Shown in pieces: positions 28,173 to 37,857 of a stretch of 44,753 nucleotides of DNA; the stretch's first letter is position 1; every line of letters begins with the position of its first letter. A model generated the notes under the pieces. The model saw only the letters and a program-made list of their open reading frames with translations. It had not been told where the DNA came from and ran no database searches. Source of the stretch: Bdellovibrionales bacterium (GTDB taxonomy: Bacteria; Bdellovibrionota; Bdellovibrionia; Bdellovibrionales; JAMPXM01); contig JANOUF010000095.1 of assembly GCA_031416685.1 (NCBI GenBank), positions 1 through 44,753 on the forward strand, read 5' to 3'. A program made the position numbers and the translations under genes.

Positions 28173-28421
28173 TCACTCGGTGCTAAGTTCCGATTCTTCG
28201 ATCGTATGGATCGTTTCGTCTTCAATTGTCTCGTCATCTTGCATACGTTCCAGTGCGATCTCGGCAGCTTGCTCCTCACTGTAGCCTTCTGCTATCAGTC
28301 GGCCCTGTATTTCCGCTGCAGTCTCCATCATTTTCGGAGCGCCCTGAACCATCCAATCAGGTGGATTGCTTGCATCCACCTCGTCAACATTTTCAATGTT
28401 ATCAACTTCTCTAGGGTACAT
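28173..28421 (-). CDS. Small acidic hypothetical protein
   Basis: 82-aa ORF, strongly acidic. SD GAAGGAGG (rc of 28430-28437) lies 8 nt upstream of the ATG. Confidence 0.55.
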   Translation of the reverse strand: MYPREVDNIENVDEVDASNPPDWMVQGAPKMMETAAEIQGRLIAEGYSEEQAAEIALERMQDDETIEDETIHTIEESELSTE

Positions 28422-28561
28422 AAGGCAGTGCCTCCTTCAGGTTTTATTTTAGCGCGGATCGAAGCGAAACCCAGCATCTTGACTGAGCGCTGCGCGTACA
28501 GTTTGGCTTCACGAAACTTATGACATCGTGAACATGATTTTCTAAATGGGCTGCTACACTT

Positions 28562-30865
28562 CTATTTGTAGGACACGGTGAAAACGTTCGGTTTCGACCA
28601 TTCGGTCGACTCCGAGGCAAGTTCGGCGCGAACGCGCCAGTAGAGGTTGCCGGCGGGCAGAGTCTTCTCAAAGAAGTAATTTGTTTCAAGGGTTTTATAT
28701 TCAGCGAGGACTTCGCCAAATGTTGGTGACGACGAAATCTCAACTTTATAGTTCTTTGCACCCTCGACTGCGCGCCAACGGAAGTTCAAGAACACAGGCG
28801 AGCTACCGAAAGCGACAACTGACGTATTATTATTCGGATCACGCAGTTGCGGTGGAGCAAGTTTCGACACTCCTAGATCAGGTTTCACTTCAGGGTTCGG
28901 AATAGCTGCGATAGTGCGTGGTACTTCTGGCTGCACAGGAATTGGTGGAAGTGCCAACTCTTTTTGGTAGTCGAATTTCTGAGCTGTTGAATAGGCGCTG
29001 ACCGGACTGCCCTTGGCATCAAGTGCGCGCACACGGAAATAGAAACTTCCTGCGGTTGGGATCGAAATAGCTTTCTCGCCCCGTTGATCCTTTTGGACCA
29101 TTTTTTTAGAAGTCTTAAAGCTTGGATCTTTCGCAGCCTCAATTTCATATGCTGCGGCAAATGGTGATGGCGTCCACTTAAGCTCAGCTTGTGCTTTGGC
29201 TTGATCGGACAACTTCTTATCTTTAAATTTTTGCACAACGGGCGCGAGCGGTTGGAGGCGTGGTGCTGGCACCCCAATAATCATTTCGCCAGATTCACTC
29301 GGCTCGCTCATTTTACCTGTATTATCGACGCTGCGAACGCGCCAATGGATCGTCTTTGGCGCAACCTTGTCGAGTACGAACGCGAGTTTGTTCATCCGCA
29401 CTTTAGTTGGCTTTGCAAAATCTTTGTCACTCGCGACTTCTAGGACATAGCTTTTTACGTTGGGAGCTTGCTTCCAGCGGAGCTGTGGTGCCTGCGACGC
29501 TTCGATAGCGATTGGGCCCTTACTATTTGAGGCTGCTGCTTTTTGCAGGAGTGGTGTAGGAATTTCGTACGTGGCGTACTTATTCTCGATGATTGGTGGC
29601 ATTAGCTTTCTAAAGTTAATCAACTGGAACGACCACGGATCACTCCATGGTGAGTTCTTACGAAGAGGGTGGAGGCCCGACACACGCCAATAGTATTTTC
29701 CTGGAGCCATCGGCTTACTTTGAGCGCGACGCTTGGATAGATTTAATTCGTCGACGACGTTCGTAAACTTATCATCTTTTGAAATTTGAACTTTCCACTC
29801 TTTAGATCCGCTTTCGTCATCCCAGTTAAACGAAACGGGTATTTCGTCTTGAGAATCTTCCATAACGAATTCACGACCATTTTCTGGCACGGCATGAATC
29901 GGCGCACGATCTGGATAAACAAAGAATTTTCGTGGAACGCTGAAGTTTTTCCGCTCGGCATCGCGCACGCGCCAATATAAGAAGCCGTCGTTTGGCGGAA
30001 GATTGGTCAGCGCAAAATCGTTGTTTTCGGCATCAAATTCGCCAAGCTTATTCACAAACGTGGAGTCGGTTGCGAATTCTACTTTTAACGAATCAATATC
30101 CTTCTTCGTAGTCCATGAGAATTGAAGAGCGTCTTGTTCTTGTTTCCAAATGCGCGCATCAGCTGATGGCGACTCCAAGAGAATCGAAAGCTTAGGTCCT
30201 TCAGCAACAGGCTGAGCGGATGAGCCGATTGAAACTTTTTGCGAGAGTTGATTCTCTTCTCTTTTAAGATTAATCGGCTCAGACGTTTGATCAAGTTCAG
30301 TGCGCTCACCATTATTCAGGATGACGACCTGTTGAGATTTGACATCACCGACGACGTTACCGTATTGGAGATCGAGTTCGAGTTTGCCGTCTTTTGTTTT
30401 TACGACGATCAATGACTTCTCGTAGATCTTCAGTGAACCGCCGCCGTCGAGCATGATTTCAGTCGTCGAGCCTTCACCAGTAAAAATGCTGTCGCCTTCG
30501 TAGATACGATTGTTCAATGAAACAGATCCCCATGAAAGGCCATCATTGACCTTCCGGCGGACGTCGCTTGAGGACTCTTTTACGATACCAATTGGAGTGA
30601 GGCCTGAATCGTCGATCGAGTTAAACCAGCTGTCGTTGAACAGTAAGCCGACAGAGATGAGAAGAATGAGTACAGACGCGATTAAAAGCCCTTTATCAAC
30701 AGGACCTAGTATTGCTTCGCTTTGTTCTGTCGTCGGTGTTTCGCCTTGAGACGTCTCCACAAATGATTCAACCGGTGACTCTGGACTCGAGTCACCAAGC
30801 GGCTCAACCTGAGCCGGGTTTTTCTCATTACGGAACTTTAAAAACCATTTTTTCATCGAAGACAC
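28562..30865 (-). CDS. Membrane-anchored FecR-domain protein with five tandem Ig/FN3-like repeats
   Basis: TM segment LLIASVLILLISVGLLF. FecR-like WGSVSLNNRIYEGDSIFTGEGSTTEIMLDGGGSLKIYEKSLIVV. Five modules each run from an aromatic-x-W motif to [YHF][WF]RV. ATG 30856 is the more likely start; 30865 is a GTG. Confidence 0.8.
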   Translation of the reverse strand: MSSMKKWFLKFRNEKNPAQVEPLGDSSPESPVESFVETSQGETPTTEQSEAILGPVDKGLLIASVLILLISVGLLFNDSWFNSIDDSGLTPIGIVKESSSDVRRKVNDGLSWGSVSLNNRIYEGDSIFTGEGSTTEIMLDGGGSLKIYEKSLIVVKTKDGKLELDLQYGNVVGDVKSQQVVILNNGERTELDQTSEPINLKREENQLSQKVSIGSSAQPVAEGPKLSILLESPSADARIWKQEQDALQFSWTTKKDIDSLKVEFATDSTFVNKLGEFDAENNDFALTNLPPNDGFLYWRVRDAERKNFSVPRKFFVYPDRAPIHAVPENGREFVMEDSQDEIPVSFNWDDESGSKEWKVQISKDDKFTNVVDELNLSKRRAQSKPMAPGKYYWRVSGLHPLRKNSPWSDPWSFQLINFRKLMPPIIENKYATYEIPTPLLQKAAASNSKGPIAIEASQAPQLRWKQAPNVKSYVLEVASDKDFAKPTKVRMNKLAFVLDKVAPKTIHWRVRSVDNTGKMSEPSESGEMIIGVPAPRLQPLAPVVQKFKDKKLSDQAKAQAELKWTPSPFAAAYEIEAAKDPSFKTSKKMVQKDQRGEKAISIPTAGSFYFRVRALDAKGSPVSAYSTAQKFDYQKELALPPIPVQPEVPRTIAAIPNPEVKPDLGVSKLAPPQLRDPNNNTSVVAFGSSPVFLNFRWRAVEGAKNYKVEISSSPTFGEVLAEYKTLETNYFFEKTLPAGNLYWRVRAELASESTEWSKPNVFTVSYK

Positions 30866-31021
30866 TACTCCACCAAGCCGTATCGTCGTTTCGACCTTTG
30901 GGGTTTATAGTTCTGGGTCCAGGTGGGCTAAAAAAAACAAAACCTTTACAGTTTAAGCCGAAGGTCCAGTACGGATAAAAAAACCAAAACTTTTGCAGTC
31001 TTATTCCCGATATAGACCAAG

Positions 31022-32860
31022 ATGAGCCATCTCAGAATGTCCTTGAGATACAAGATTTTAACTGCGCTAACGATGTTGCCGCTTGCCGGTTTAACATTGT
31101 TTTTGTTTATTGCAGTTAGCACGTTCGAACAGGACAAGATTGCTTACGTCTTTGACTCATCACTTTCCTTTTCAAAAACCAAAGCACAACGTGTACGCGC
31201 AGAAGTCGACTCGCTCATCAGCGCAAGCCAAGCGATTCTCTATGGCTATTCGCCTGATTCGCGAACGCTAGCTGAAAGTTCAAGTTCGTATTTTGATCAG
31301 GAAGATAAGCTTCAAGCTTTGAAGCTTTACGCGTTGAATTCGGATTTAGGTTTTTACGAGCAGGTCATCGGTTTGCAAAAGCCTGACGGTGAAAAACTTC
31401 TGATCAAAGAACAAGAAAATATCACAGCACTCATTCAAAGTGCCGCGGAAGAGACGATCGTCATCAAGCGTCCGGAAGGCGCACAAAACGTAATCTTAGC
31501 TCTTCGCTTCGGCGACGCGACCGATCCAAAACACATCGTCGCAATCGCTGTCTTCAAAGCGGGCCAATTCGAAATGACCTTTAACGAATCAAGTGGCTTT
31601 GCAAGTTTCCTCGTTCGCGACGACGGTGCGCGTATTTTCGGTAAAGACTTTGTGCTTGCGGATAAATCAACCTGGGATACGACAGCGATATTCAAGACCC
31701 TCGGAGTCGGCGGCGTACCGGAAGGAATTGCAGAAGTAAAAGCGCCGAATGGCGATACTTATTTAGCAAGTTACATTTCGGTCGGTGTCGGCAAGCTCCA
31801 TGTTCTATCGCTCGTTGATAAACAAAAAGCACTCGTTGCCGTAAAAACTCTCTTAAGAAAATCCTTTCTCTTTTTCCTAACTGTACTTTCAATCACGACG
31901 ATCATCAGCGTATTGGCAAGTAATAGCTTAACGAGCGCGCTACGCTATCTTCTCTTCGCAACAAAGAAAGTTTCTGAAGGTGACTTTAACGTTCGCGTGA
32001 ATGTGAAGACGAACGATGAAATCGGTCGCCTTGGACAAAGCTTTAATACGATGGCCGAAGAAGTGTCGAAACTCTTACGTGATACTGCAGATAAAGCACG
32101 TATGGAGTCCGAACTTGCAACAGCGAAAACTGTACAAGAGACTCTGTTCCCTGAATCGTCAGCGGATATTGGCCCAGTGCAAATCGCAGGACATTACCAG
32201 TCAGCATCGGAGTGCGGAGGGGATTGGTGGTATTACTGTGATATCGGTGACAAAGTTTATCTTTGGATCGGGGATGCGACTGGTCACGGTGCTCCTGCCG
32301 CACTTATCACGAGTGCTGCACGTGCCGTAGCGAGCTGCATTCAAAGCGGACCAGCTATCGACCCAGGCACTGCCATGGGCATCCTAAATAAAGCGATTCA
32401 TGATGCGAGCAAAGGCCGCATGATGATGACGTTCTTCTTGGCTACGATCGATAAAACGACCGGTGTCATGGAGTATGCGAATGCGTCTCACGAAGCGCCG
32501 CTTTTACTTCGTCATTCAGCTGAGGCTCCGACTCGCTCTGATTTCGAACCACTCAACGATATCAATAACCCTCGCTTAGGCGAGCGCCCTGATGTGAAGT
32601 TTAAAACATCGAGCGTGCAGCTCAATCCAAATGATCAAGTCGTATTTTATACAGACGGTGTGACCGATCTTCGCGACCCAGAGAAAAAAGCGTGGGGCGA
32701 ACGTCGCTTCGTTAAGTCGCTTTCAAAAGAACTTTTTGAATGTGCAAATTCAAAAGATGCTATCGATGGAGTCATCAATACGCTTTATGCTTTCCGCGAT
32801 AACGCGCCATTAGATGATGACGTAACGTTGATTCTAGCCAAGTTCAAAGGTGCCGCATGA
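31022..32860 (+). CDS. Membrane sensor PP2C/SpoIIE-family phosphatase (extracytoplasmic domain - HAMP - PPM)
   Basis: Two TM segments bracket a ~250-aa loop. HAMP reads GDFNVRVNVKTNDEIGRLGQSFNTMAEEV. RsbU-type PPM motifs are GGDWWYY, GDATGHGAPAAL, YTDGV and DDVTLIL. Confidence 0.88.
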   Translation: MSHLRMSLRYKILTALTMLPLAGLTLFLFIAVSTFEQDKIAYVFDSSLSFSKTKAQRVRAEVDSLISASQAILYGYSPDSRTLAESSSSYFDQEDKLQALKLYALNSDLGFYEQVIGLQKPDGEKLLIKEQENITALIQSAAEETIVIKRPEGAQNVILALRFGDATDPKHIVAIAVFKAGQFEMTFNESSGFASFLVRDDGARIFGKDFVLADKSTWDTTAIFKTLGVGGVPEGIAEVKAPNGDTYLASYISVGVGKLHVLSLVDKQKALVAVKTLLRKSFLFFLTVLSITTIISVLASNSLTSALRYLLFATKKVSEGDFNVRVNVKTNDEIGRLGQSFNTMAEEVSKLLRDTADKARMESELATAKTVQETLFPESSADIGPVQIAGHYQSASECGGDWWYYCDIGDKVYLWIGDATGHGAPAALITSAARAVASCIQSGPAIDPGTAMGILNKAIHDASKGRMMMTFFLATIDKTTGVMEYANASHEAPLLLRHSAEAPTRSDFEPLNDINNPRLGERPDVKFKTSSVQLNPNDQVVFYTDGVTDLRDPEKKAWGERRFVKSLSKELFECANSKDAIDGVINTLYAFRDNAPLDDDVTLILAKFKGAA

Positions 32861-33645
32861 GTAAATCAAGCGCTGCACGCATCTTGAATCTGAATCAACC
32901 CATGGCTTCGCAATCCGTCGATCCTGGGTCGATTGGCGTTGCGCAAGGGTTATCGCCAAAGCATGTCATCGATCTTAATGTTGATTGTGGAGTGAATCAT
33001 ATCGTGCAAAGCGACAGCTTTGATTTTGCGAGAGAACTCGATGTCGCACGCGCGATGGTGCAGTCGCCAAATGAGTTCATAAACGATCCGCTTTGTATGC
33101 TTTTCCCATCAACTGATAAAACGAAGCTCGATACGTTTAACCACCGCGTTGATTCGAACCAGAATAAGAAGCAAGTTCTTTTCCAAGTCGAAAGCTTTAT
33201 CGCAACTCTCAAAGGCACACGTTCCGTTCGCGATGAGGCGATGATCGTGGCCGACGAACTCTATACGAATGGTTCAAAAAATAGTGGAACACTGTACAAT
33301 CCGAACTCTCCAGACGTCCGTCCAGGATGGGTTGAGTTTATTGCGGCTGCCGACAATAAGCGATTGGTACTCGGCTGCATCGATAGTTACGGTGCGCTTG
33401 AAATTTCAATGATCACAAAGCGCATTCAGAAATGCCTGCAAGATGGTGTTTCGGCTTCCATAAACCAAAATCAGAACGCAGGTGCCGGAATCGGCAGCTA
33501 CATGGTGTTCACGAGCTCGTATTCGATGTACATCGGAGTTAAAGAAGGTCAAAAGACGATCGTCTTGTGCGCATTCCCTCTCGGCGTGCGACATAAGGAA
33601 ATGATGAACTTCACCAAAAACCTTCACACGCTTTCAGTGAAATAA
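32857..33645 (+). CDS. Divergent RsbW/SpoIIAB-like GHKL protein (putative STAS kinase) with an N-terminal extension
   Basis: Motif order parallels RsbW: N-box IVADELYTNGSKNS, G1-like GCIDSYGAL, G2-like GAGIGSYMV, then a terminal beta strand KTIVLCAFPL. An ATGA overlap links it to the phosphatase gene (32857-32860). Confidence 0.55.
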   Translation: MSKSSAARILNLNQPMASQSVDPGSIGVAQGLSPKHVIDLNVDCGVNHIVQSDSFDFARELDVARAMVQSPNEFINDPLCMLFPSTDKTKLDTFNHRVDSNQNKKQVLFQVESFIATLKGTRSVRDEAMIVADELYTNGSKNSGTLYNPNSPDVRPGWVEFIAAADNKRLVLGCIDSYGALEISMITKRIQKCLQDGVSASINQNQNAGAGIGSYMVFTSSYSMYIGVKEGQKTIVLCAFPLGVRHKEMMNFTKNLHTLSVK

Positions 33646-33706
33646 GCTAAAAAATAAAGTACGATAGTAGCATTCCCTCCAAGGCATGCATTTTCCGAGG
33701 TGATTT

Positions 33707-34210
33707 ATGAGCGATTTCAAATTTCAGGAAAAAACCGATGGCGAAGCGCTTCTTCTGATTTTTGAAGGGGTCATCGACGAAGAGTCAAAGTTTCCAAGCG
33801 TCGATACCGCTAAACATAAGCGAATTATGGTCGATCTTAAAGGCATTCGCTCGATTAACTCGGTTGGAATACGAGAGTGGCTCAATTGGATTCGTCCAGT
33901 TTCAGAGACCACTCAAATCGTATTTTTAAAGACGCCGAAAGCACTCGTTTTTCAAATGAACATGGTCGAAGGCTTTTTGCCAAAAAATGGAACCGTGAAG
34001 TCGTTCTACGTCCCGTTTTATTGCGAAGCTTGCGACAAAGAGGAAAACGTTTTGTTCACGGTCGGTCAGGAAGTGCAAGTCACTCCTGGAAACTACACGA
34101 TCACTTACGACGTGAAAAAAGCGAACCTATGCGCTAAGCCCAATTGCGAAATGGAAATGGACGCAAGCGAATCGAAGTATTTCCAATTTCTCAAGAAGAT
34201 GGCGACCTGA
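33707..34210 (+). CDS. STAS-domain (anti-sigma-antagonist-like) protein with a C-terminal Cys4 zinc-ribbon-like module
   Basis: STAS core ALLLIFEGVID...VDLKGIRSINSVGIREWLNWI (cf DLSGV-x-F-x-DSSG). The tail reads C-E-A-C...(35 aa)...C-A-K-P-N-C. SD GAGGTG precedes the ATG. Confidence 0.6.
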   Translation: MSDFKFQEKTDGEALLLIFEGVIDEESKFPSVDTAKHKRIMVDLKGIRSINSVGIREWLNWIRPVSETTQIVFLKTPKALVFQMNMVEGFLPKNGTVKSFYVPFYCEACDKEENVLFTVGQEVQVTPGNYTITYDVKKANLCAKPNCEMEMDASESKYFQFLKKMAT

Positions 34211-34218
34211 AGTTCTTT

Positions 34219-34983
34219 TTAGAACTCTTCCTTCTGACAATCACACTGAACGTCACTTGATGAAGCTCCTTGGCCGCAAGAGAGCTTTTTACCAGCAATC
34301 TCAAAACGCACATTCGTACGCTCGCCGTTGACGTACTCAACGAGCGCGTGGCGCGACTTATCGTCGTTGTTAACTTCCATGACTGTGCGTTCTTGAAGTT
34401 TCTTTTTACCGCTTAGCATGCGAGTAGCGATATCGTTCCAATCGAGGTTTTGCAGTTCGTAGGGGAGTGGTTCTTCGCTGCCACTTGCGCCAATCAGCTT
34501 CACGGTCATCTTTGTTTTACCGTCTTCATCGACACCTGCAGGTTCAGCACGGAGTTTACGTGAGACGCCGTCGTTATCGATGAAGCTCACTTCTTTCTCA
34601 GCGACGTTTCTAAAAACCTGATTGTGTTTGAAAAAGCCTTTAAGCATCGTTGTCATGCTCTTAACGTCTTCTTTTGCGTTGTTGAAATACCAACCATTAA
34701 AACATTCGTAAGCAAACTTCTGTTGAGCGGGATTGAGCGTGTCGGGGCGAGGCGAAGCCATAAGCTGCTGCTCTAATGCTTGAGCGTGATTGGCAACCTG
34801 AGATTGAGTTGCAGGCATATTTGGTTTTTGCGAAACGGCATCGGACTCTTCGTTTTGCGATTCTTCGAGCGATGTTTCATGAGTGGATTGCACGTCATCA
34901 TCTTGAAAATAGTTAAAGGCGAGTAATGCTCCTACGATCAGAGCCATAGTTAAAAGTAGTCTTTGTCGCGTGATGTTTCTCAT
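34219..34983 (-). CDS. Hypothetical membrane-anchored or secreted protein
   Basis: ATG 34983 (SD GGGAG) gives MRNITRQRLLLTMALIVGALLAF as a signal/anchor. The track ORF starts at GTG 35019. I recognised no family. Confidence 0.6.
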   Translation of the reverse strand: MRNITRQRLLLTMALIVGALLAFNYFQDDDVQSTHETSLEESQNEESDAVSQKPNMPATQSQVANHAQALEQQLMASPRPDTLNPAQQKFAYECFNGWYFNNAKEDVKSMTTMLKGFFKHNQVFRNVAEKEVSFIDNDGVSRKLRAEPAGVDEDGKTKMTVKLIGASGSEEPLPYELQNLDWNDIATRMLSGKKKLQERTVMEVNNDDKSRHALVEYVNGERTNVRFEIAGKKLSCGQGASSSDVQCDCQKEEF

Positions 34984-35033
34984 ATCCAACTCCCTGTCAC
35001 TCTGCGTTTGCGCGTTCACTTACGTTTGCCTCT

Positions 35034-35531
35034 TCACTTACGTTTGAAAGACTTCCGAGTCTTCAAATCAGCCGTGCGAGCTTTGCTCGTCTGCTTTTTG
35101 GCGAATGAAATAAGTTTGGTTTTAAGTTTTTTATCAGTCAACGCAAGGATGCGAGCAGCAAGCAGTCCTGCATTATAGGCGTTATCTACAGCCACCGTAG
35201 CAACTGGGACGCCTTTGGGCATTTGCGCAATGCTTAAAAGTGCGTCTAAACCCTTCATTCTCATTCTCGAGACGTCAATGGGTACGCCAATCACCGGGAG
35301 AGTTGTTGCTGAGGCTACCATTCCAGGCAAATGAGCGGCACCACCGGCGCCGGCGATGATCACTTGAATTCCTCGCTGTTCAGCATCTTCAGCGTAATCC
35401 AGCATGAAGCGAGGAGTTCGATGCGCGGAAACAACGCGAACCTCAAATGGAATATTCAAGTCATCGAGGATTTCAGCTGCCGCTGACATCACTCGTATAT
35501 CTGAATCGCTACCCATAATTATTCCAACCAC
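35034..35531 (-). CDS. purE: N5-carboxyaminoimidazole ribonucleotide mutase
   Basis: [18 protein letters not shown] and [16 protein letters not shown]...LPVIGVP are classic PurE motifs. Confidence 0.93.
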   Translation of the reverse strand: MVGIIMGSDSDIRVMSAAAEILDDLNIPFEVRVVSAHRTPRFMLDYAEDAEQRGIQVIIAGAGGAAHLPGMVASATTLPVIGVPIDVSRMRMKGLDALLSIAQMPKGVPVATVAVDNAYNAGLLAARILALTDKKLKTKLISFAKKQTSKARTADLKTRKSFKRK

Positions 35532-35566
35532 TTAGAACTCCCTCAAGATAGAAACGCCTGGCAGGC

Positions 35567-36673
35567 CTAAATATCAAAACTCTTGCGAGCTAAAACTAAT
35601 TTCTTCAAAGCTTGATTGCCGCTGGAGCCAAGAGCATTTAAGTGCCCCATCTTCCGGCCCACTCGATTTTCATTTTTGCCGTACCAATGAAAGTTTACGT
35701 CTTTTGGCAAAGTCCACTTCGGTAGTCGCGTGTGCTCACCCAATAAATTCAACATCGCAAAGCCTTTTGAATTTTGCTCAACTTGACCGAATGGCAAATC
35801 GAGAATCGCTTTTAAATGGAGTGTGAATTGGTCCTCGCGAAGCGCATCGAGCGAGTAATGTCCTGAATTATGAACTCGAGGTGCTAGCTCGTTAATCAAC
35901 AAACCTTTTCTAGTCTCGAAGAGTTCGACACCCATACAGCCCACGTACTTAATGTTGGCGAGGAACTTCTGTAAGCTTTTCGTGAGCGGTGCGCTTTGTT
36001 TGGAATGCGTCGGTCCCTTAACCCAAAGGCAGCGCGAGTTTTCCTGAAATGTTTCAACAAGCGGAAGGCTTCGGACTTCACCTGAACGACTTCGTGCAAT
36101 CATCATGGCAAGTTCACGCTTAAACGGAACGAACTCTTCAGCAATAAATCCGCTATCATCGCTCTCAATTTTTTCGCACACAACTTTTAGAGCTTTTTTT
36201 CCGTCGATAACAAAAGTTCCATAACCGTCGTAACCGAAGCGGCGTTGTTTTAAGATGTATTTTCCATCGAAAACTTTTAGGGCGGTTTCCGCATCAGCGA
36301 CCGAATGAATCAGAGAAAACTTTGCGGTCGGAAGTCGGTTTAGAATTAAGAGCTCTTTTTGGTTCAAGCGATCCTGAATGAGTCCCATTAAGTCTGGGTG
36401 CGGAAAAATCGGAGTTTTCGTGTAACTGCTAACGTTGCTGAGCAAATCAGAATCAAGAAATTCACTTTCAAACGTTGCGATATCAACGCTTTTAAGAAAT
36501 TTGCGAACGGAAAGCTCTTCGTTCGGGTTACCGAGGTGATGATGTTTTACAACGAGGGCCGCAGGGTCATATGCGGATTCGCTGAGCACGTGCATCTCCA
36601 GCCCAAGAGAATGCCCTCTTAAAGCCAACATACGCGCTAGCTGTCCGCCGCCAAGTAGGCCTATCCGTTTCAT
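35567..36673 (-). CDS. purK: N5-carboxyaminoimidazole ribonucleotide synthase
   Basis: MKRIGLLGGGQLARMLA N-terminus, an ATP-grasp core, and the C-terminal WYGK...RKMGH. The start is set at ATG 36673. The longer track ORF (to 36772) would overlap the divergent dus gene. Confidence 0.9.
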   Translation of the reverse strand: MKRIGLLGGGQLARMLALRGHSLGLEMHVLSESAYDPAALVVKHHHLGNPNEELSVRKFLKSVDIATFESEFLDSDLLSNVSSYTKTPIFPHPDLMGLIQDRLNQKELLILNRLPTAKFSLIHSVADAETALKVFDGKYILKQRRFGYDGYGTFVIDGKKALKVVCEKIESDDSGFIAEEFVPFKRELAMMIARSRSGEVRSLPLVETFQENSRCLWVKGPTHSKQSAPLTKSLQKFLANIKYVGCMGVELFETRKGLLINELAPRVHNSGHYSLDALREDQFTLHLKAILDLPFGQVEQNSKGFAMLNLLGEHTRLPKWTLPKDVNFHWYGKNENRVGRKMGHLNALGSSGNQALKKLVLARKSFDI

Positions 36674-36753
36674 TTTTTTAGAGCTGCCCGGCCGCGGGCG
36701 GCCTCCCTTCACTAAGATTTGACATCCTTCGCGCATCGGGTCAAGAAAGGAGG

Positions 36754-37857
36754 ATGCAGGTAATTCAGGCACAGACCAAACAACTTGGCTTAGAGCGACC
36801 TATTCTCGCGGGCGAAGTGAATTTCCCGGTGTGCCTTGCGCCAATGGTGGGCTTAAGCCATGTCGCGTTCAGACGGATGGTCCGCGAATACCTGCCGAGT
36901 GATGCCCGCACGATTTGGCCAACAGAAATGCTCAATAGCCGGCGTATTCCGAGCGAGAACCTCGCAAAAACTCCCGAAACCATGCGTGCTGATTGCGAGA
37001 CCCAACTAGTTCCGCAAATCCTAGGCAACGAAGAAAAACCGATTCACGAAAGTGCACGAAGGCTTGAAGCGTGGGGCGCGAGTGGTATCGACATCAATAT
37101 GGGCTGCCCAGTTCGAAAAGCTCTCTCGCATAATTACGGCGTAGCACTCATGGGTGATCCAAACTACGCGGCAGAAGTTGTGCGCATGACTGTGCGAAGT
37201 ACGTCTCTACCAATTTCAGTAAAACTTCGTGCAGCTCCAATGAAAGAAGTTGGCGACTTAACGGCGAAAGCCGACGTTCGATTCTTAGTCGACTTTGTTC
37301 GCGGACTTGAAGATGCAGGAGCCGCGTGGATCACACTTCATCCAAGAACAGCCGCACAAAAAAGACGAGGCTCTGCCGACTGGTCGCAAATTCGTGAAGT
37401 ACGCGAGAGTGTGCGGATACCAGTCATTGGAAACGGCGACATCCAAACAGCTGACGATGCAATCGACATGCTTCGCGAAACCGGTTGCGACCTCGCAATG
37501 GCAGGTCGTGCGCTGACTGCGCGCCCTTGGCTTTTGTGGCAAGTCGGCGAGAAACTCGGCTTTGCTCCACCAGAAGGTCGCGTTGGCCTTGCACCTTCAA
37601 CTCCAGAAGAAGAAGGGGCGGAGTATGGCCGTTCACTTTTGCGGCTCATTGATTTTATGTCAGAACACTTCGAGGAGAATCTGGGTATGCGCAAGCTTCG
37701 CTTCCATGTTCGCACGGGGAGTATCTGGCTCGCATTTGGAAATCAACTCTACGGATTAGTAAATAAAGCAGTCACTTATGCGGAAGCTCGCGAATTCATC
37801 GCGAAGTTTTTTGCGCAACCGCAGGCAATGTCTTTGCGCACGGATCTTCGCCAATAA
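36754..37857 (+). CDS. tRNA-dihydrouridine synthase (Dus family)
   Basis: LAPMVGLSHVAFRRM, DINMGCPVRKA, ISVKLR, and HPRTAAQKRRGSADW...PVIGNGDI. Confidence 0.9.
   Translation: MQVIQAQTKQLGLERPILAGEVNFPVCLAPMVGLSHVAFRRMVREYLPSDARTIWPTEMLNSRRIPSENLAKTPETMRADCETQLVPQILGNEEKPIHESARRLEAWGASGIDINMGCPVRKALSHNYGVALMGDPNYAAEVVRMTVRSTSLPISVKLRAAPMKEVGDLTAKADVRFLVDFVRGLEDAGAAWITLHPRTAAQKRRGSADWSQIREVRESVRIPVIGNGDIQTADDAIDMLRETGCDLAMAGRALTARPWLLWQVGEKLGFAPPEGRVGLAPSTPEEEGAEYGRSLLRLIDFMSEHFEENLGMRKLRFHVRTGSIWLAFGNQLYGLVNKAVTYAEAREFIAKFFAQPQAMSLRTDLRQ

Noticed and set aside
36675-36772. The long form of purK starting at 36772, and a GC-rich mini-hairpin GCCCG-GCCG-CGGGC in its 5' part.
   Set aside because: The extension adds 33 non-conserved residues before the canonical MKRIGLLGGGQLA start and overlaps the divergent dus gene. 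The hairpin has only 5 bp. I treated this as 5' UTR.
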